From the NCBI RefSeq assembly GCF_006345805.1, contig NC_043004.1:43710001-43774000 (forward strand): a DNA stretch of 64,000 nt. The letters are read 5' to 3'. A program made the position numbers and the translations under genes. Below the pieces are notes generated by a model, which saw nothing but the letters and a program-made list of their open reading frames with translations, did no database searches and was not told the origin of the DNA. The stretch is from Octopus sinensis. Its lineage: Eukaryota. Below are positions 38,500-52,655 of the stretch, one piece after another (within the stretch, counting starts at the first letter, position 1; the number at the start of each line of letters is the position of its first letter).

Positions 38500-41400
38500 C
38501 TCGGTTGTATAAATACTCGCGGCCTGGGGTCGTATTGGAAGCAAGGCTACCTCCTTAACGACCTTAGGTCGCATCGTTTGGATGTAGTGGTAATTACCGA
38601 ATCCAGACTGAGTGGACTGCAGGCTTTTTCGCCCCGTCTAAACGGCTACGAGAAATACATTTCTCCCTGTCGACCTGGAGGGGGAGGAGGAGTGGCAGTG
38701 CTGGTCAGAAAAAACCTGGATTTAGAGATTAGAACTGTCTTTATAGATCCGGAAGGCAGGTTGATCGTTTTGGATGTGACGCACAGCAGTGGTAAAGTGT
38801 TCAGGCTGGTCGCTGTCTATGCTCCCTGCGAAGGAAAAGCCGGGCAGAAAGAGTATTTCAAAAGCCTAGAGAATTTTGTTGGCACGTCGAACACGTTAGT
38901 ATTGCTAGGTGACTTCAACATAATTTGTGATGCAAGCGTAGATTATGTTGGCTCAAGAAAGAATACGAGGGGATTACCTCACCTCAACGATATGCTAAGT
39001 CGTTTCGAATTGGCAGATAGATTCAGACTGGACCATCCAGACACTCCAGCGTGGACCTGGGCAAGAAACGACGGGTCGTCCAGATCTTATATCGATAGAA
39101 TCATAACTAGAAGAAAAGATAAGAAAATACTTAGCTGTCCACAACACCATATCGTCAGCTACAGCGATCACAAATTAGTGACCTGTACGCTCGACATAGA
39201 TAGCATGTGTAGACGAGGTACCGGCTACTGGAAGCTAAACAACTCACTATTGGACTGTGAAGCCTACAGGAATCGGATTAAACAATTAGTAATGAGGGCG
39301 TTAACCGGATCCATTATCAACAATAAATGGTGGTACGCCCTGAAAAGAGCCATCAAATTTGAGTCAATTAGGTTTAGCGAAGAACTAGCTAGTGCTAGAA
39401 ACAAAGTAGAAAAGGAACTAGTTAAGGCAATAGAGGAGGCAATGAGGTCAGGCAGTGCATCGAAAGTGTTAGCGGCGAGGTTAGCACTAGACCAACATCT
39501 CAAAGCTAAACATGAAGGGTGCATTGTCAGGGCTAAGATCCGTGCAATGAGACAGGAAGGGATCAACGCAGCCGGATGGGCCCGGGTGGTAGAGGGCCAG
39601 CGTGGCAACAACTCAACCATTCGATCCTTGACGGGCCCAAATGGTCGATTAGTAAACGAACCCGAGGAGATGTGCAAGGTGTTTCATGATCATTTCGCCC
39701 AGCTATTCGGGAGGAGCGGCGGGCTGGAGCGCGGGGAGAAGCTCGCAGACTTCCTAGTCGGTTCTCCGCGTCTATCGAGGCCGGACGCGGAATCTTGTGA
39801 GGCGCCGATCACAGCCAAAGAAGTCGAGGATATGTTGGCAGACTGCGGCGGGGACAAATCGTCGGGACTCGACGGTTTGCCTTACGAACTCTATAGTAGC
39901 ATGCCAGACTTGTTTGGGCACCTACTTGCATGCGTGTACACCAACTGGCAGCAGAACGGGAGAATTCCTAAGTCTGTGAGCCGAGGGGTGGTAGCGCTGT
40001 TAAGAAAGGACCCAAACAAGGGGGATTTAATTGATAATTTCCGGCCTATCACTCTGCTTAACGCAGAGTTGAAGATCTTGGCCAAGGTCTTAGCAAAAAG
40101 GTTGGCGAGGGTCGTGGGCGAACTTGTTGGCGAGGCGCAAACTTGCGCCATCCCTGGAAGGACCATCCACGACAATCTCCACTTTCTACGCTATGCCTTA
40201 GAAAGGGTAAATAGGATTCCTGGCAAGGGTGGGGCTATAGTCCACTTGGACCAATCGAAAGCGTTTGATAGGGTGGACCATCAGTATCTGGAGGCGGTCC
40301 TCGCGGCGGCTGGCCTCGGCCCGACCTTCCGCGGATGGATCATCGTTTTATACAGCAACATCGAATCGGTAGTTCGGGTAAATGGTTTCCATTCGGAACC
40401 GTTCAGCATTGAACGTTCGGTACGTCAAGGGTGTCCTCTCTCCCCGCTTCTCTACGTTTTGGCCCTCGAGCCGTTGCTGAGGGGGTTGGAAACTATGAGA
40501 GGCACCCCGCAAGATCTAGGGTGCGGAAAGTCAGCTTCGGCGTATGCGGACGACATCACCGTCATCGTTTCCCGAGTCGAGCACCTACAGTGGGTGGGTG
40601 AGGCCTTAAGGGACTACGAAGCGGTGGCAGGAGCGAAAGTCAACCGGGATAAATCGGTCGGCTTGCAACTCGGCACCTGGAGGGGCAAGTCGATGTCTTC
40701 CGACAGCGTCGTAGGACGTTGGACGGAAGGACCGGTGAAAATGCTTGGGATCTGGTTAGGTCCAGATCTCCAGATAGAGAAGTACTGGAGCGAGGTGGCG
40801 AGAAAGGTGGCTCTCCTAACTCAGACATGGTCTGAGCGGAAACTGTCCTTGAAAGGGAGGGCTGAGGTTGCAGAAGTGTTTATCGCCTCTGTAATCACTT
40901 ACCGCCTAACCGTAGTGCCTTGCTCCGATTCGTGGCTGAACAAACTGGAACGCATGCTCTTTCGCTTTTTGTGGAGGGGCAGCAGACCTCTTGTAAGGCG
41001 CTCTATTTGCTGCCAAAAGCCGCTGAACGGTGTTAGGGATGCCGTGGCTAAAAATGCGCAGACATGCGCTCAGGCTTAGGCACCTCTGGATTTACCTGGA
41101 CGGTGAGCAGGTGTGGTCTCCGTTTGTCAAGCTGTTATTTCTACAGTTCACATCGTTTAACGAACTGAACCCATGGATCAAGTGTAGACCGAGGTTGGGC
41201 ATGTGGCATGCAGAGTGCTATCAGGCACTCGTGCTTCTCTCCCAGTCGGGCAACGCCGGTGGCGGGGCTACTACCGCTTTCTTCTATAGAGGGTTAGTAG
41301 AGTTTAAGTGTGACGACGTACTAGGAGAAACTCTGGGCTTCGACGAAAATCAACTGGCCAGCCTGTTCCAAAGAACATTCGGTCCGGGGCCTATGGATAA

Positions 41401-41893
41401 TTAACAAAAGTCCCTGGCCTGGCAATGTTACAGAGGAGCTTTACCGGTTCGAGATAAGCTCTTTAGACATGGGTGTGCACCTTCGCCGGTTTGTGCAAGA
41501 TGTAAGAGGGACAGTGGAACTGTCCTGCACGCGATTGTGCAATGCCCCAAGGTGACTGAACTCTGGACTTATGTCGAACACCTGCTGTCGCATTCGAGAA
41601 GAGTACAACTGTCGAGCGAATCTGTAATTAAGATAGTTCCGCCGACCTTCCTGAATAGGGAGGAGCGAGCCTGTTTTCTTTCGGTAGTTGCTATGGCGAA
41701 AGAAGTAGTGTGGAAGACGAGAGTAAAAGGAATTGCAACAGGCATGTTTATCTCCAGTCTCGAGCTAATCGACTTTTTCGTTTTCCACATGAAACGGAAA
41801 ATAAGGCTGGAGAAGAAATGCCTGTCGCAAAGTGTGTTTCGTAAAAGATGGAAGTCTATAGCAAGTATGTTGCGATTGAAAGAACCTGTTTAA
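38500..41893 (+). pseudogene. LINE ORF2 (APE endonuclease, RT, C-terminal CCHC), one frameshift and one nonsense codon
   Basis: GCINTRGL, ITES, LGDFN, TW..YIDRI..SDH (APE); KSSGLDGL, FRPITLLN, DQSKAFDRV, RQGCPLSP, YADD (RT); frameshift near 41030, in-frame TAA at 41402, CARC..TVLHAIVQC; no ATG at the natural start. Confidence 0.9.
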
Positions 41894-42344
41894 TCGAGAT
41901 TGTAAAAAAGGATAAAGCAAGTCTTCAGTGTGAGTATGTGGTTTGTGGGGTCGACCGCGTCCTCCGCTTCATTTTTTGTTAATCACTCATTCTCATTTAA
42001 TTGTATATATTTTGTTTGTTTATTCATATGTTTCGTCTCATTCGATACCCTGACCCCAACGTTTGTTTTGTCCCCTCTTTTTCTCAACCTTATGGTGAAT
42101 AAAGAAATACTCTCTCTCTCTCTCTCTTTCTCTCTCCTAACCACAGAAGACTTTGTTAATGATGCTAGAGTTTATGAGAAGAATGCATCCGAAATTTCTA
42201 ATCTGCGCTAATAAGGGAAAAGCATATACTTTTAGTTTAAACTGTAGCAGATGAAATATTACAAGCTGAATATGCATAAATATATATTTACACTGACACA
42301 CACTCATAAATTTATACACATCCATGCAAGTGTACATAGTATAC

Positions 42345-42410
<66 letters not shown>

Positions 42411-42854
42411 TATTGGTGTGTATTCATTTATAAATACTTGTTTATAGTTTTTAATATAATGTTACGTCTGTGTGTGTACACACATGTGTATATGTATTTG
42501 TATATGTACATAGGTATATACGTATGTACATATGGGTATATGTATTTATGTATATGAGGAGGTGTAAAAAAGTAATTCCAAAACAACAACCTACCAAGGA
42601 ACAAGCGAAAATGTATTCGTCTGTCAGTTATTTAGAACGTTGTCATTTTTTTTTAGATTTATGACGCAATTTCCTTTGCAAATTTATCTCTATCCCATTA
42701 TTTGAGAAAAATAATGCGTAAAGAACTTGTCTTATATATATTCCAATCAATCATATTCTTGCGTTTCTTTTCGTTATTAATGAAATTATTGGTTGATAGT
42801 AGTGCGTATGTCTTATTTATTAAATATATTTTTGATGTTCCTTTCGCATTTTTC

Positions 42855-43320
<466 letters not shown>

Positions 43321-43663
43321 TGCATATCTTTGTATGTGTAAGTGTGAATGTGTGTGTACGTGTGTATATTATATATGTGTACCTTACGTGTGTGTGGATA
43401 CTGGTCTTCATTTTAGGGCATATAGCCATCAAAGGGCAAATAGGGGACATCTATCCGTGAAGTTTATCCTGTACTACAAACAATAAAGCCATTACGTCGG
43501 CCACTTCAACCAGTTGCACGAGATTAAAATTCGCTTTCTTTCTGTAATTACCTGAATCACGGCTTAACAGAATACCTGTCGATCAGCTAAACTACTAAAT
43601 TAAAATGCACGCAGCATGTATCGAATTTATCGTTTCAATCGTTTTCTATAATGTATATATATA

Positions 43664-43694
<31 letters not shown>

Positions 43695-43696
43695 AT

Positions 43697-43756
<60 letters not shown>

Positions 43757-44892
43757 CATTATATTTATATATATATATACATTAATACATATGTATATAT
43801 ATATTATAATATAATATAATGTAATATAAGTAATGTATAAATATATGTATATATACGTACATATATGTACCTACTTACACATATATGTATATATACATGC
43901 ATATATGTGTACAGGACATCAAAAAAACCTTGAACACAATGAGAAACGAAAACATAAAAACAAAGCCATAGAAAACGAACTTTTTTCGAACAACGAAATA
44001 AACAAACAGAAAAACGAAACATGTAACATAAAGAAATTTCATTGTATTCATCGTTTTTTTTTTGGATGTCCTGTACCCATATATGCATGTATATATACAT
44101 ATATATATGTAGGTATGTACATATATATACGTATATATGAGTATATTTATATATTACTTATATTAGACGTTCGAACTCCACGCATCCTTTTCCGAGTAAG
44201 TGTTATCTTAGTAATTACGATGCGCACTCTTCTCTCTCTCCTATCTCTTCCTTGTCTATATCTCTCCCTGTCTTGTTCTTCAACTATCTCTACTACTCCC
44301 TATCTCTACCATCTCTTCTCTGCCCATCTCCCTCTCTTTTTCTTCATCCTTTCTGGTTTTCTCTCCCACCCTTCCCTATTCTTCTCCTCCTCTCTTCACC
44401 GTTCACTCTCTCTCTCTCTCTTCCTCCTTAACACCTCCGTCGCTGACACGTTAGGTAAGGGAATGTTTTTCCTGCCCATTTCTTTCCTAAAGGCAACGCG
44501 TGCTTATACCTGTCTCCTCTCATAAGGTCGTCTTCCTAGCGTTCATAATAGTTTTTCTATCGTCTTGGCTTAACAGCCCCCACCGTTTGTTTTTATTGTC
44601 TTCGCACCGTCCTGTTCTTGTTACCACATTCACCCTCCGCAAAAAATCCCAAATTTTATATAATTTCCTTTGCGGAAATATATATATATATATATATATA
44701 ACAAAATTAGAAAATGGAGAAACATACTTAAATCAATCAAACATCAACCAACAGATGATACCCAATCAATACTTTATTACACTATTACATAACAGTAAAG
44801 GCATTATACAAAATATATTGTAAATATAATTAGACAAGAAAATAGAAATATAAAATATAAAATATAATATGTAATTATATAATTATATGTAT

Positions 44893-45030
<138 letters not shown>

Positions 45031-45444
45031 TTATTTATATATATGATAGAAAGGAGATGATTTATTTTCAACGCAGAGTTGGCGTAAGAACAGAGGAAAT
45101 ACTTGATAAACTACACTTAGAAGGCAGGAAAATGTGTCAACAATCAGCCATGGGACTCGAACACATATCCTTCAAAGACTTCGTGTGAGTGTTTTACCGT
45201 TAAGCTTAACTGCACGCTGAGATATTAACCCGCCGAATTAGACGCTCAATAGTTTACTCAAACGCTCGAGGAATTATATATTGCAGGTTTCTAACAGCAT
45301 TAAGAGTTTTTAATTCTTATTTCTGCAATATAAGTATTTCTGCATCTTCAATCACAATTAGTTACGCTAATATTTTTCCTTTATTGTATTATATTGCGCC
45401 TAGTTTTTGTATTAATTCATAATAATGTTTAAATATATATAGTA

Positions 45445-45668
45445 GACGTGTGCCCTTAATGTGATTTTCAGGGAGATTCAACGTGACACATAATGTGACC
45501 AGGTCGGCACTTTTGTATTACAAGTACAACTCATTTTTGCCATTTGGTTGGACTGGAACGACGTAAAATAAAATTGTCATACTCAAGGGCAAAGCGCACC
45601 GCCGGGAATCGAACTCACGACCACACGATTGCGAGTTGATTACCCTGACCACTGACGCATGTGCCTTC
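45445..45668 (-). mobile_element. SINE family D, partial
   Basis: CAGTGGTCAGGGTA...GAGTTCGATTCCCG head; body similar to 14092-14375. Confidence 0.7.
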
Positions 45669-45707
45669 ACACATACACATATATATGTACTTACATTTAT
45701 ACATATA

Positions 45708-45769
<62 letters not shown>

Positions 45770-45792
45770 CGCAGCATATGTATATACATCAT

Positions 45793-45876
<84 letters not shown>

Positions 45877-45892
45877 AGAAAGATAGATAGAC

Positions 45893-45936
<44 letters not shown>

Positions 45937-45960
45937 GGATAGATAGATAGATAGATAGAG

Positions 45961-47168
45961 ATAGATAGACACACTTTCTGACCCAAATACACTGCATACC
46001 AATATGAGTCCACATTGTAAAATTCTAAATCATTCGTTTGCCGAAGCTACTGGAGGAGTCGTTGTCGAAGGAACTATAGAGAACTGAACGCGAAAACATG
46101 CGGTTACATTGCCAGCTTCTTAACGACACAAGAACACGCACACGCACACATGTACACGGACGCATATGCACATACACAGATATACATATTTAGCTTCATA
46201 GCGAAGTATAAATATGTGAAATTGATAAAAAAGAAAATGATTCTGAAAAAAATAGCATACCAATTTTGTGATAGTTCCGCTGAATAAGCACACACCCTCA
46301 CAGTTTATAGCCGTGATATCTAAATTATATCTCTGAATATCCTATTCCTCGTAACTATTATATTTATATTTACAAGCATACATTAATATCATAGCACTTG
46401 ACGCTGTAGGAATGTTACCCATTAATTTTCCCTTTTGAGAACGTGTACATAATTTAGGTAAATAACAGACAAATATGTGGACAATGCATCATTACTTTGT
46501 TATGGTCCATAAAATATTTATTTCAATAGTCCATTCTTGTTTAATTCCCCCAGAAGTATCTAGCGTATAGTGTCAGATATACTGAGTGTTCATATGGCAA
46601 ATGTCCGCCGAAGCTTTGCACACGTTGCGAGAAATTTTTATACACATTTCTCCAACAGTTTATTAACTCTGCTTCCGTATATCGCCTGCATTCCCTAATA
46701 ATTCTTTAAAATGCTGTTTTGATTTGTGATATGTCTGGCATTTAAATGATTTGACACTGAATTTCCGTTGCTTCAGTGAAATATTGTATCAAAATTCAAC
46801 TGCGTGTACTATTGTATTCTTCGTGATGTATTGAATAACCAAATAATATCATGACAAGGGAATTCTCCATTCCATATTTAACCCAATACAACTTCGTTGT
46901 TTACCCTTGAACTATTATTAGCCTTGAAACCGTTTTATTCGAAGCTATACTATATCTTAAAAAGAACTGGATTGTGTTATGCACAGGGTTTCAACCAATA
47001 CCATTACAATTCCATTAAAAAAAACCCACATATTTAAGTATACGCGTGTATAGTTCCTTCGACAGCGACTCCACCAGTAGCTTCGGCAAACGAAATATTT
47101 TGAATTTTGCAATGTGGATTCATATTGGTATGCAGAGTATTTGAGTCAGACATTTTGTATATCTATCT
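45961..47168. mobile_element. About 1.2-kb element with about 115-bp terminal inverted repeats (MITE/fold-back)
   Basis: 45961-46078 and 47049-47168 are roughly 85% reverse complements by eye; both outer ends run into (GATA)n/(TATC)n. Confidence 0.75.
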
Positions 47169-47252
47169 ATATATCTAACTATCTAGCTCACGTACAGCAG
47201 CAATTTAAATTAAATATATATGCACCGGTAGATTTGCTGCATGAGCAATTCG

Positions 47253-47286
<34 letters not shown>

Positions 47287-47304
47287 TGTATGTTGTATGT
47301 ATGT

Positions 47305-47548
47305 GCACACCTTTGAATGCAATGTATGCCAGAAGGTTTGCAAATCCAACGGAGTCCTCACAAGATATTTTAAGATCCACAAAGAACAGAACTTATCTGC
47401 AGCTCTTGGTCGTCCAAATCGGAGTTGCAATCTATGTGGGTGTCTTTTCAGAACTTTATCTCGTTTAAAAAACCACATCAGATGCCATGATGGTGACAAC
47501 GTGTAGGTGCAGGTGGTCAATCTCTATATAAGGAGTAGACAACAACCA
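47305..47548 (+). mobile_element. Probable RTE-type LINE 3' fragment with two C2H2-like fingers, inside (TATG)n
   Basis: CNVCQKVCKSNGVLTRYFKIH and CNLCGCLFRTLSRLKNHIRCH*, short UTR, (TATG)n on both sides, no TGEKP linker. Confidence 0.5.
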
Positions 47549-47795
47549 TGTACGTATGTATGTATGTATGTATGTATGTATGTATGTATGTATGTATGTA
47601 TGTATGTGCACTCCCCTGCCTATTTTGTTCTTGTTTGAGTGTATGCACATACTTGTGGAAGTTAATTACTCATGTTGGAGGAATGACAAAATAGGTCTAG
47701 GGTCATGTTTAGAATCTCGATGTGTGATGTTTTTCCTTATGCAAGCGGTGGGAGAATGTCTCATTCCTAACAATTCAAATGTTCACTGTTGAGGT

Positions 47796-48100
47796 TATGA
47801 GGGTCAGCTGAAAAGTCCATAGGCTGACCAAGATGTAATGAGGCCGAGTGAGATGAATTTTTCAATACAGTCCCACTTCCGGTCCACACACAACTTCCAT
47901 CTGTGTTGTAGAGCTTGGAACCTTTTGGTCAAGGCGTTTCTATCCTGTTGGTCAAAAATTCCAGCAGTAGCATCATGATTGCTATACTGGTCGCCAGCCA
48001 AGTGGTTCTTAAATTTAGGGAATAGATGATAGTCAGACGGGGCAAAATTATGAGAGTAGGGTTGCTGATCAACAAGTTTAAGGACACTCACGTACAGCAA
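47796..48100 (-). mobile_element. Mariner 3' fragment with TIR
   Basis: PYSHNFAPSDYHLFPKFKNHLAG...QALQHRWKLCVDRKWDCIEK; TA-TGAGGGTCAGCTGAAAAGT terminus. Confidence 0.85.
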
Positions 48101-48938
48101 CCACACGTATAATACTAGATCTAGGAAAACTAATATAAAATCTTGAAATTCTCCTGTAGCACACGCAAGAAATTAGACTTCCCCCAAATTTACCTAATAA
48201 AAGTGGTTGGAGATCAATTCTATGGTACCCACCTCCATTCGCCTTAAACGTTAAGGGTCATGCTAAAGTATTCTTTAAAATAGTAGGTTCTAATTGTCCA
48301 CCTAACCACAAATACCACTCTATCTTTGCCAGACCGACTTTAAATTATCCTATTCCTTTACACCTAATAGAGAATATATTATCATATCAGCTAACAAACG
48401 CAGACATAGCTCTTACTATCTAAATGCATAAAACCCTACCATGGATGTATACAACGTAAAATAGCACATGCAGAATATAACACCTGGCTCCGAGGTAGCT
48501 GGTCGCACAGCTGGAACAAATGGTAATACTAATGATAACACTAGTAATAACAACACTAAGTCCACTATAACCACTATAAGCACTAATTACGATACCACAA
48601 CTAATACTACTAACAATAATACTAACACTACCACCAATGATGATACTACCATTAGCGAATCGCTAAATCAGCCATTAATTTGGATGACGAAAACATACAC
48701 TGATAGAGAACAAAAGCCGAAAATAGCCGGGATCGAGCGGGTTAAACTGATAAGGCAACGGAAATTGCCGAAACTGATGTCTGTATTAAGATATCTCGAT
48801 ATGCATCTTTTGGACGATTCAGGTCCCTGTTATTGTATATATATTCGTTCGTGTGTATTAACTACAATATTAGAGCATTTTAGCTCTTATTTCTAGCAAG
48901 GTAGGTACTTTTTAACACTCTTGTAACATTTAGTGACA

Positions 48939-48989
<51 letters not shown>

Positions 48990-49327
48990 GAGTGAGAGAG
49001 CAGTCCATGCCATCAAAGTGACACTGGGGTAAAATATACGAAGCCCAATATACCCATCATGACTACCCGTCTGATAAGGGTACACCAGGCACATGCATCA
49101 CATCCATATGTGCGCGACATGGTGATCGCATATCAAGATAAACAGCACATGACCTTGCAGGTGGGGCCCAATTAGAATTTTCTTCAGGTTGAGTAGCCCA
49201 TCCCAATCAAACCCTCCCTGAATAAGGGTTGTTTAAGGATGTTGAAAGAACCACCCATGTTTCCAGAGGTGAATTATTCAAACCCCAAAGAATCCCTCTC
49301 AACACATCGCTATGATGCTCCCCCACT
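48990..49327 (-). mobile_element. 338-bp non-coding element inserted in a (TAA)n microsatellite
   Basis: Unique GC-richer sequence precisely flanked by (TTA)n at 48940-48989 and 49328-49427. Confidence 0.7.
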
Positions 49328-49353
49328 TATTATTATTATTATTATTGTTATTG

Positions 49354-49433
<80 letters not shown>

Positions 49434-49848
49434 CATCACTGGACAAGAAAAGGGAGAATATGTGTTTTCTTCAAGAATTCCGGATTATAGCAAACGTGCT
49501 CTTTGAATTCAAGAGACTTCAATTTTCAAAGAGTTAGTTTTGCAATGCCAATTAATAAGAGTCCAGGAAATCACTAAATTTTTTTGGATTTCACCGCATG
49601 CAGCATTGTTTTTTCCAGAGAAAACGGCAACAATCTCTTCATACTCACAGCAAGTGGTACAACCAAGAAGATGGTTTACTCAGGTGCAATGGTCTCAAAA
49701 TGTCGCAGTGATACAACATTCTCCAAATATGATAATCTGTTGAATAAATCTGAGACGCTAGCTATATATAGATGCATTATTATTATTTCTCTCTTTAGTA
49801 TATCTATGTATCTATCAACGTATCTATTTATCTGTCTATCTTATCTAT

Positions 49849-49894
<46 letters not shown>

Positions 49895-50068
49895 ATGTAT
49901 AAGAGAGACAGATAAATAGATAAGTTGATAGATACATAGGCATACTAAGAAGAGAAATAGTGTATGTATATATATATATATATATATATAATGCCTATAA
50001 ATTTATCTAGTTTATCTACATAGATTTATATCTATATATGTATGTATATGTATATATACATATATATG

Positions 50069-50126
<58 letters not shown>

Positions 50127-50218
50127 GTGTGTGTGTATGCATATATATGTATACATACATATGCATATATATATATATGTTTGCATGTATGTATATATAC
50201 ATATACATATGTATATAA

Positions 50219-50264
<46 letters not shown>

Positions 50265-51899
50265 TATATATATGAATATACATATATGTACGTGTGTGTG
50301 TATGTGCATATATATACTTATACATGCGCGTATATGTGTGCGCGTGTGTGTCTCTGAGTGTATTTGCTTGTATGTTTGTGCGTTTATAGTTTGAAGACAT
50401 CTATAAGTCTGCATATTCATATGAGAGTTAAATAGAATTTCCAGAATGTATAGTGAAAATTTGTGTTCTCATATTTCAATGTTGCCACTTATATGTTTCT
50501 GTGAGTTCATATTAATGTATGGTTTAATAAGGTATTTCGTTGAATTTATCTATTTCGTGTAAAGAACATAATTTACCTGTTAATGTGATTTTGGCGAATA
50601 TTTTATAAACCTACGGAGAGTATCATGTACTCACAGATATATTTCATCAATAATAGAAATTGAAAATGAAATTACTAATGGTAATATTATAAAAATATAT
50701 TTGCATGGCGATAATTGAATTCCTATGTTGCATATTATATTATGAGCGTTGCCATTGATGTAATCAAAAATACAGAAATAGAAAGCCGAGGAAAATTTAA
50801 GCCCATTTTTGAGGTTCATTAAATATAGTATATGACCTTGATGTAAGGAATCTCCGTTTCAGTGATAACATCATGGAACTTGTAGATGTCAGTTTTGGAG
50901 CAGATTTAATTATTTTGTCACTACTCTCTTAAAATATACCTTAACATCTATATCTTCGTCGTTCATGTATAGCAGGTAATAAATTAAACAGTAAGGTTTG
51001 ATAGTATCTATGTACCAATGAGAGTAATATTGCAAATATTTGGAACTTCTTTCGGAACTGTAGCAATTGTTTTAATTGTAATTGTGGCAAATTTTTCTTT
51101 ACCATTCCTCGATATATCAAAGATCAAGTTGCATATTGTTTTCTAATATAGGCATTATATAATTCTGTGTCTAAACTTTTGTCTTATTTCGTAGCATATC
51201 ACTGTATAAGGAAGTTCGTGTGTAGTGTGAATTATATTAAATGGCGCAGGAATAATAATAAAATCGTGAACAGCTCAAAAACATCTCATGGCTAAACAAT
51301 GACCGCAACAAGGCAACTGCAATAAGTGCAAACAGTTCAACTAACAGTTTACGATTTCAAGTATTTTTCAATCTCATTTTTTTAATGATTTTATATCACT
51401 GTACATGCAAACTCTTCTGGAGAGAAAATAGTGTTTTATTGCAAAAATGTATTTCTTCTTTCTTTTTCTATAACTTTTGAATGGATTCCTGTGGAAGGAA
51501 TGGGTGTGTATGTGCGTGGTTCATTGGACATACCACTTCTGCTAGAGCCAAGGCCCGAATGATGATTTTTAGAAAATTTCAAAGAGGGAAAATACATTTC
51601 TTTTATAAAAATATGCATCTATGCGTGTCACTGTGTATCTCACCACAATCCTTGAAAACTTCCAAATCTAGCGGCAGTCATAAACGACAGAGTAAGTGTC
51701 AGATTGAAATGGAATAACTGTCATAGAGTATTTTCTTGACAAAAAGCTTCAAGAATGGTTGCCGCCCAACAACGGAAACGAGTAAAAGAATAAGTGAATA
51801 AACATTCTCTTTATACATAAACACCTGCTTCTTAGAAAATATCAGAAACATTACTTCATTAACGGATTAGATTATTAACATGAACCGTGATAAATGTCA

Positions 51900-52560
51900 T
51901 AGTTCATCATGGCAGAAGTGGTACACTGCTTTCGTCGTGTAACTTGGGTCGTTTCGCTTTCCTGAAGGCCGTCTGACATATTATCTCTTATTAGAAAGCG
52001 AAACGACCCACATTACACTTCGAAAATAATGAAGTTTGGGGATAAGAGTTTGATGCTTTGGGTATACATAAAAAGTGATGTTTCAAGAAAGTTGGTTAGA
52101 ATTGACGGTAACTCGAATAGTGCCAAAATACATCCAGTTGCTGAAGGAGAATTTGATACCAGACTTGAATGAACGTGAGATTTGTCAGCATCATAGAGCT
52201 CCATGCCCAGATTGCATGCAACACAACAGAGTCTGGTTGATGAAGGTGTTACCGTATTGAAAGCTTGGCCAGCTCAGAGCCTTGAATTAAATATCATCGA
52301 GTAAATGTGGAGAGAACTAAACAGAATAGTTCGTCAGAAGAAACCACGCAACCTTGAAGGGTTGTGGGAACTCAGCCATAGAGAGTGGCATCTCATACCT
52401 GTGAAGATGGCGAAGGATTTGTACGCATCTTTTCCCACATGCATTGAAGCAATTATTAAAGCTAAGGGAAGCCACACGAAATATTAACAATGTACAGTAA
52501 CTTCTTGAAAGGAACATTATGCTATACATTTTCATTATATACATTTTTATGTTTTAAAAC
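51900..52560 (+). mobile_element. Decayed Tc1-like (DD34E) transposase 3' fragment
   Basis: KFGDKSLMLW, SAKYIQLLKENLIP, WPAQS..NIIE, MWRELNR..PRNLEGLW..EW..IP..IEAIIKAKGSHTKY*. Confidence 0.85.
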
Positions 52561-52655
52561 ACTTATCTTGATTGGTTTATGTGAGGTGGACGAAAACTTT
52601 AACACGGCCACTGTGATCGTCGTTTAATATCTTCCTCTCTCATTCAGGACCCTTA

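Larger units (their letters stand above)
36729..42109 (+). mobile_element. Near full-length Tx1/L1-clade LINE inserted in (TC)n
   Basis: (TC)n immediately before 36729 and after 42109; ORF1 with CCHC knuckle; ORF2 APE-RT-zinc finger; AATAAA at 42098, no poly-A. Confidence 0.92.

Noticed and set aside
47305-47506. Member of the octopus C2H2 zinc-finger gene expansion
   Set aside because: Only two atypical fingers, no TGEKP linkers, one His replaced, and flanked by (TATG)n like a LINE 3' end; not fully excluded
50630-51120. Possible transmembrane-protein exon on the minus strand (FLITSMATLII)
   Set aside because: Stops in all frames and no recognisable family motif or splice support
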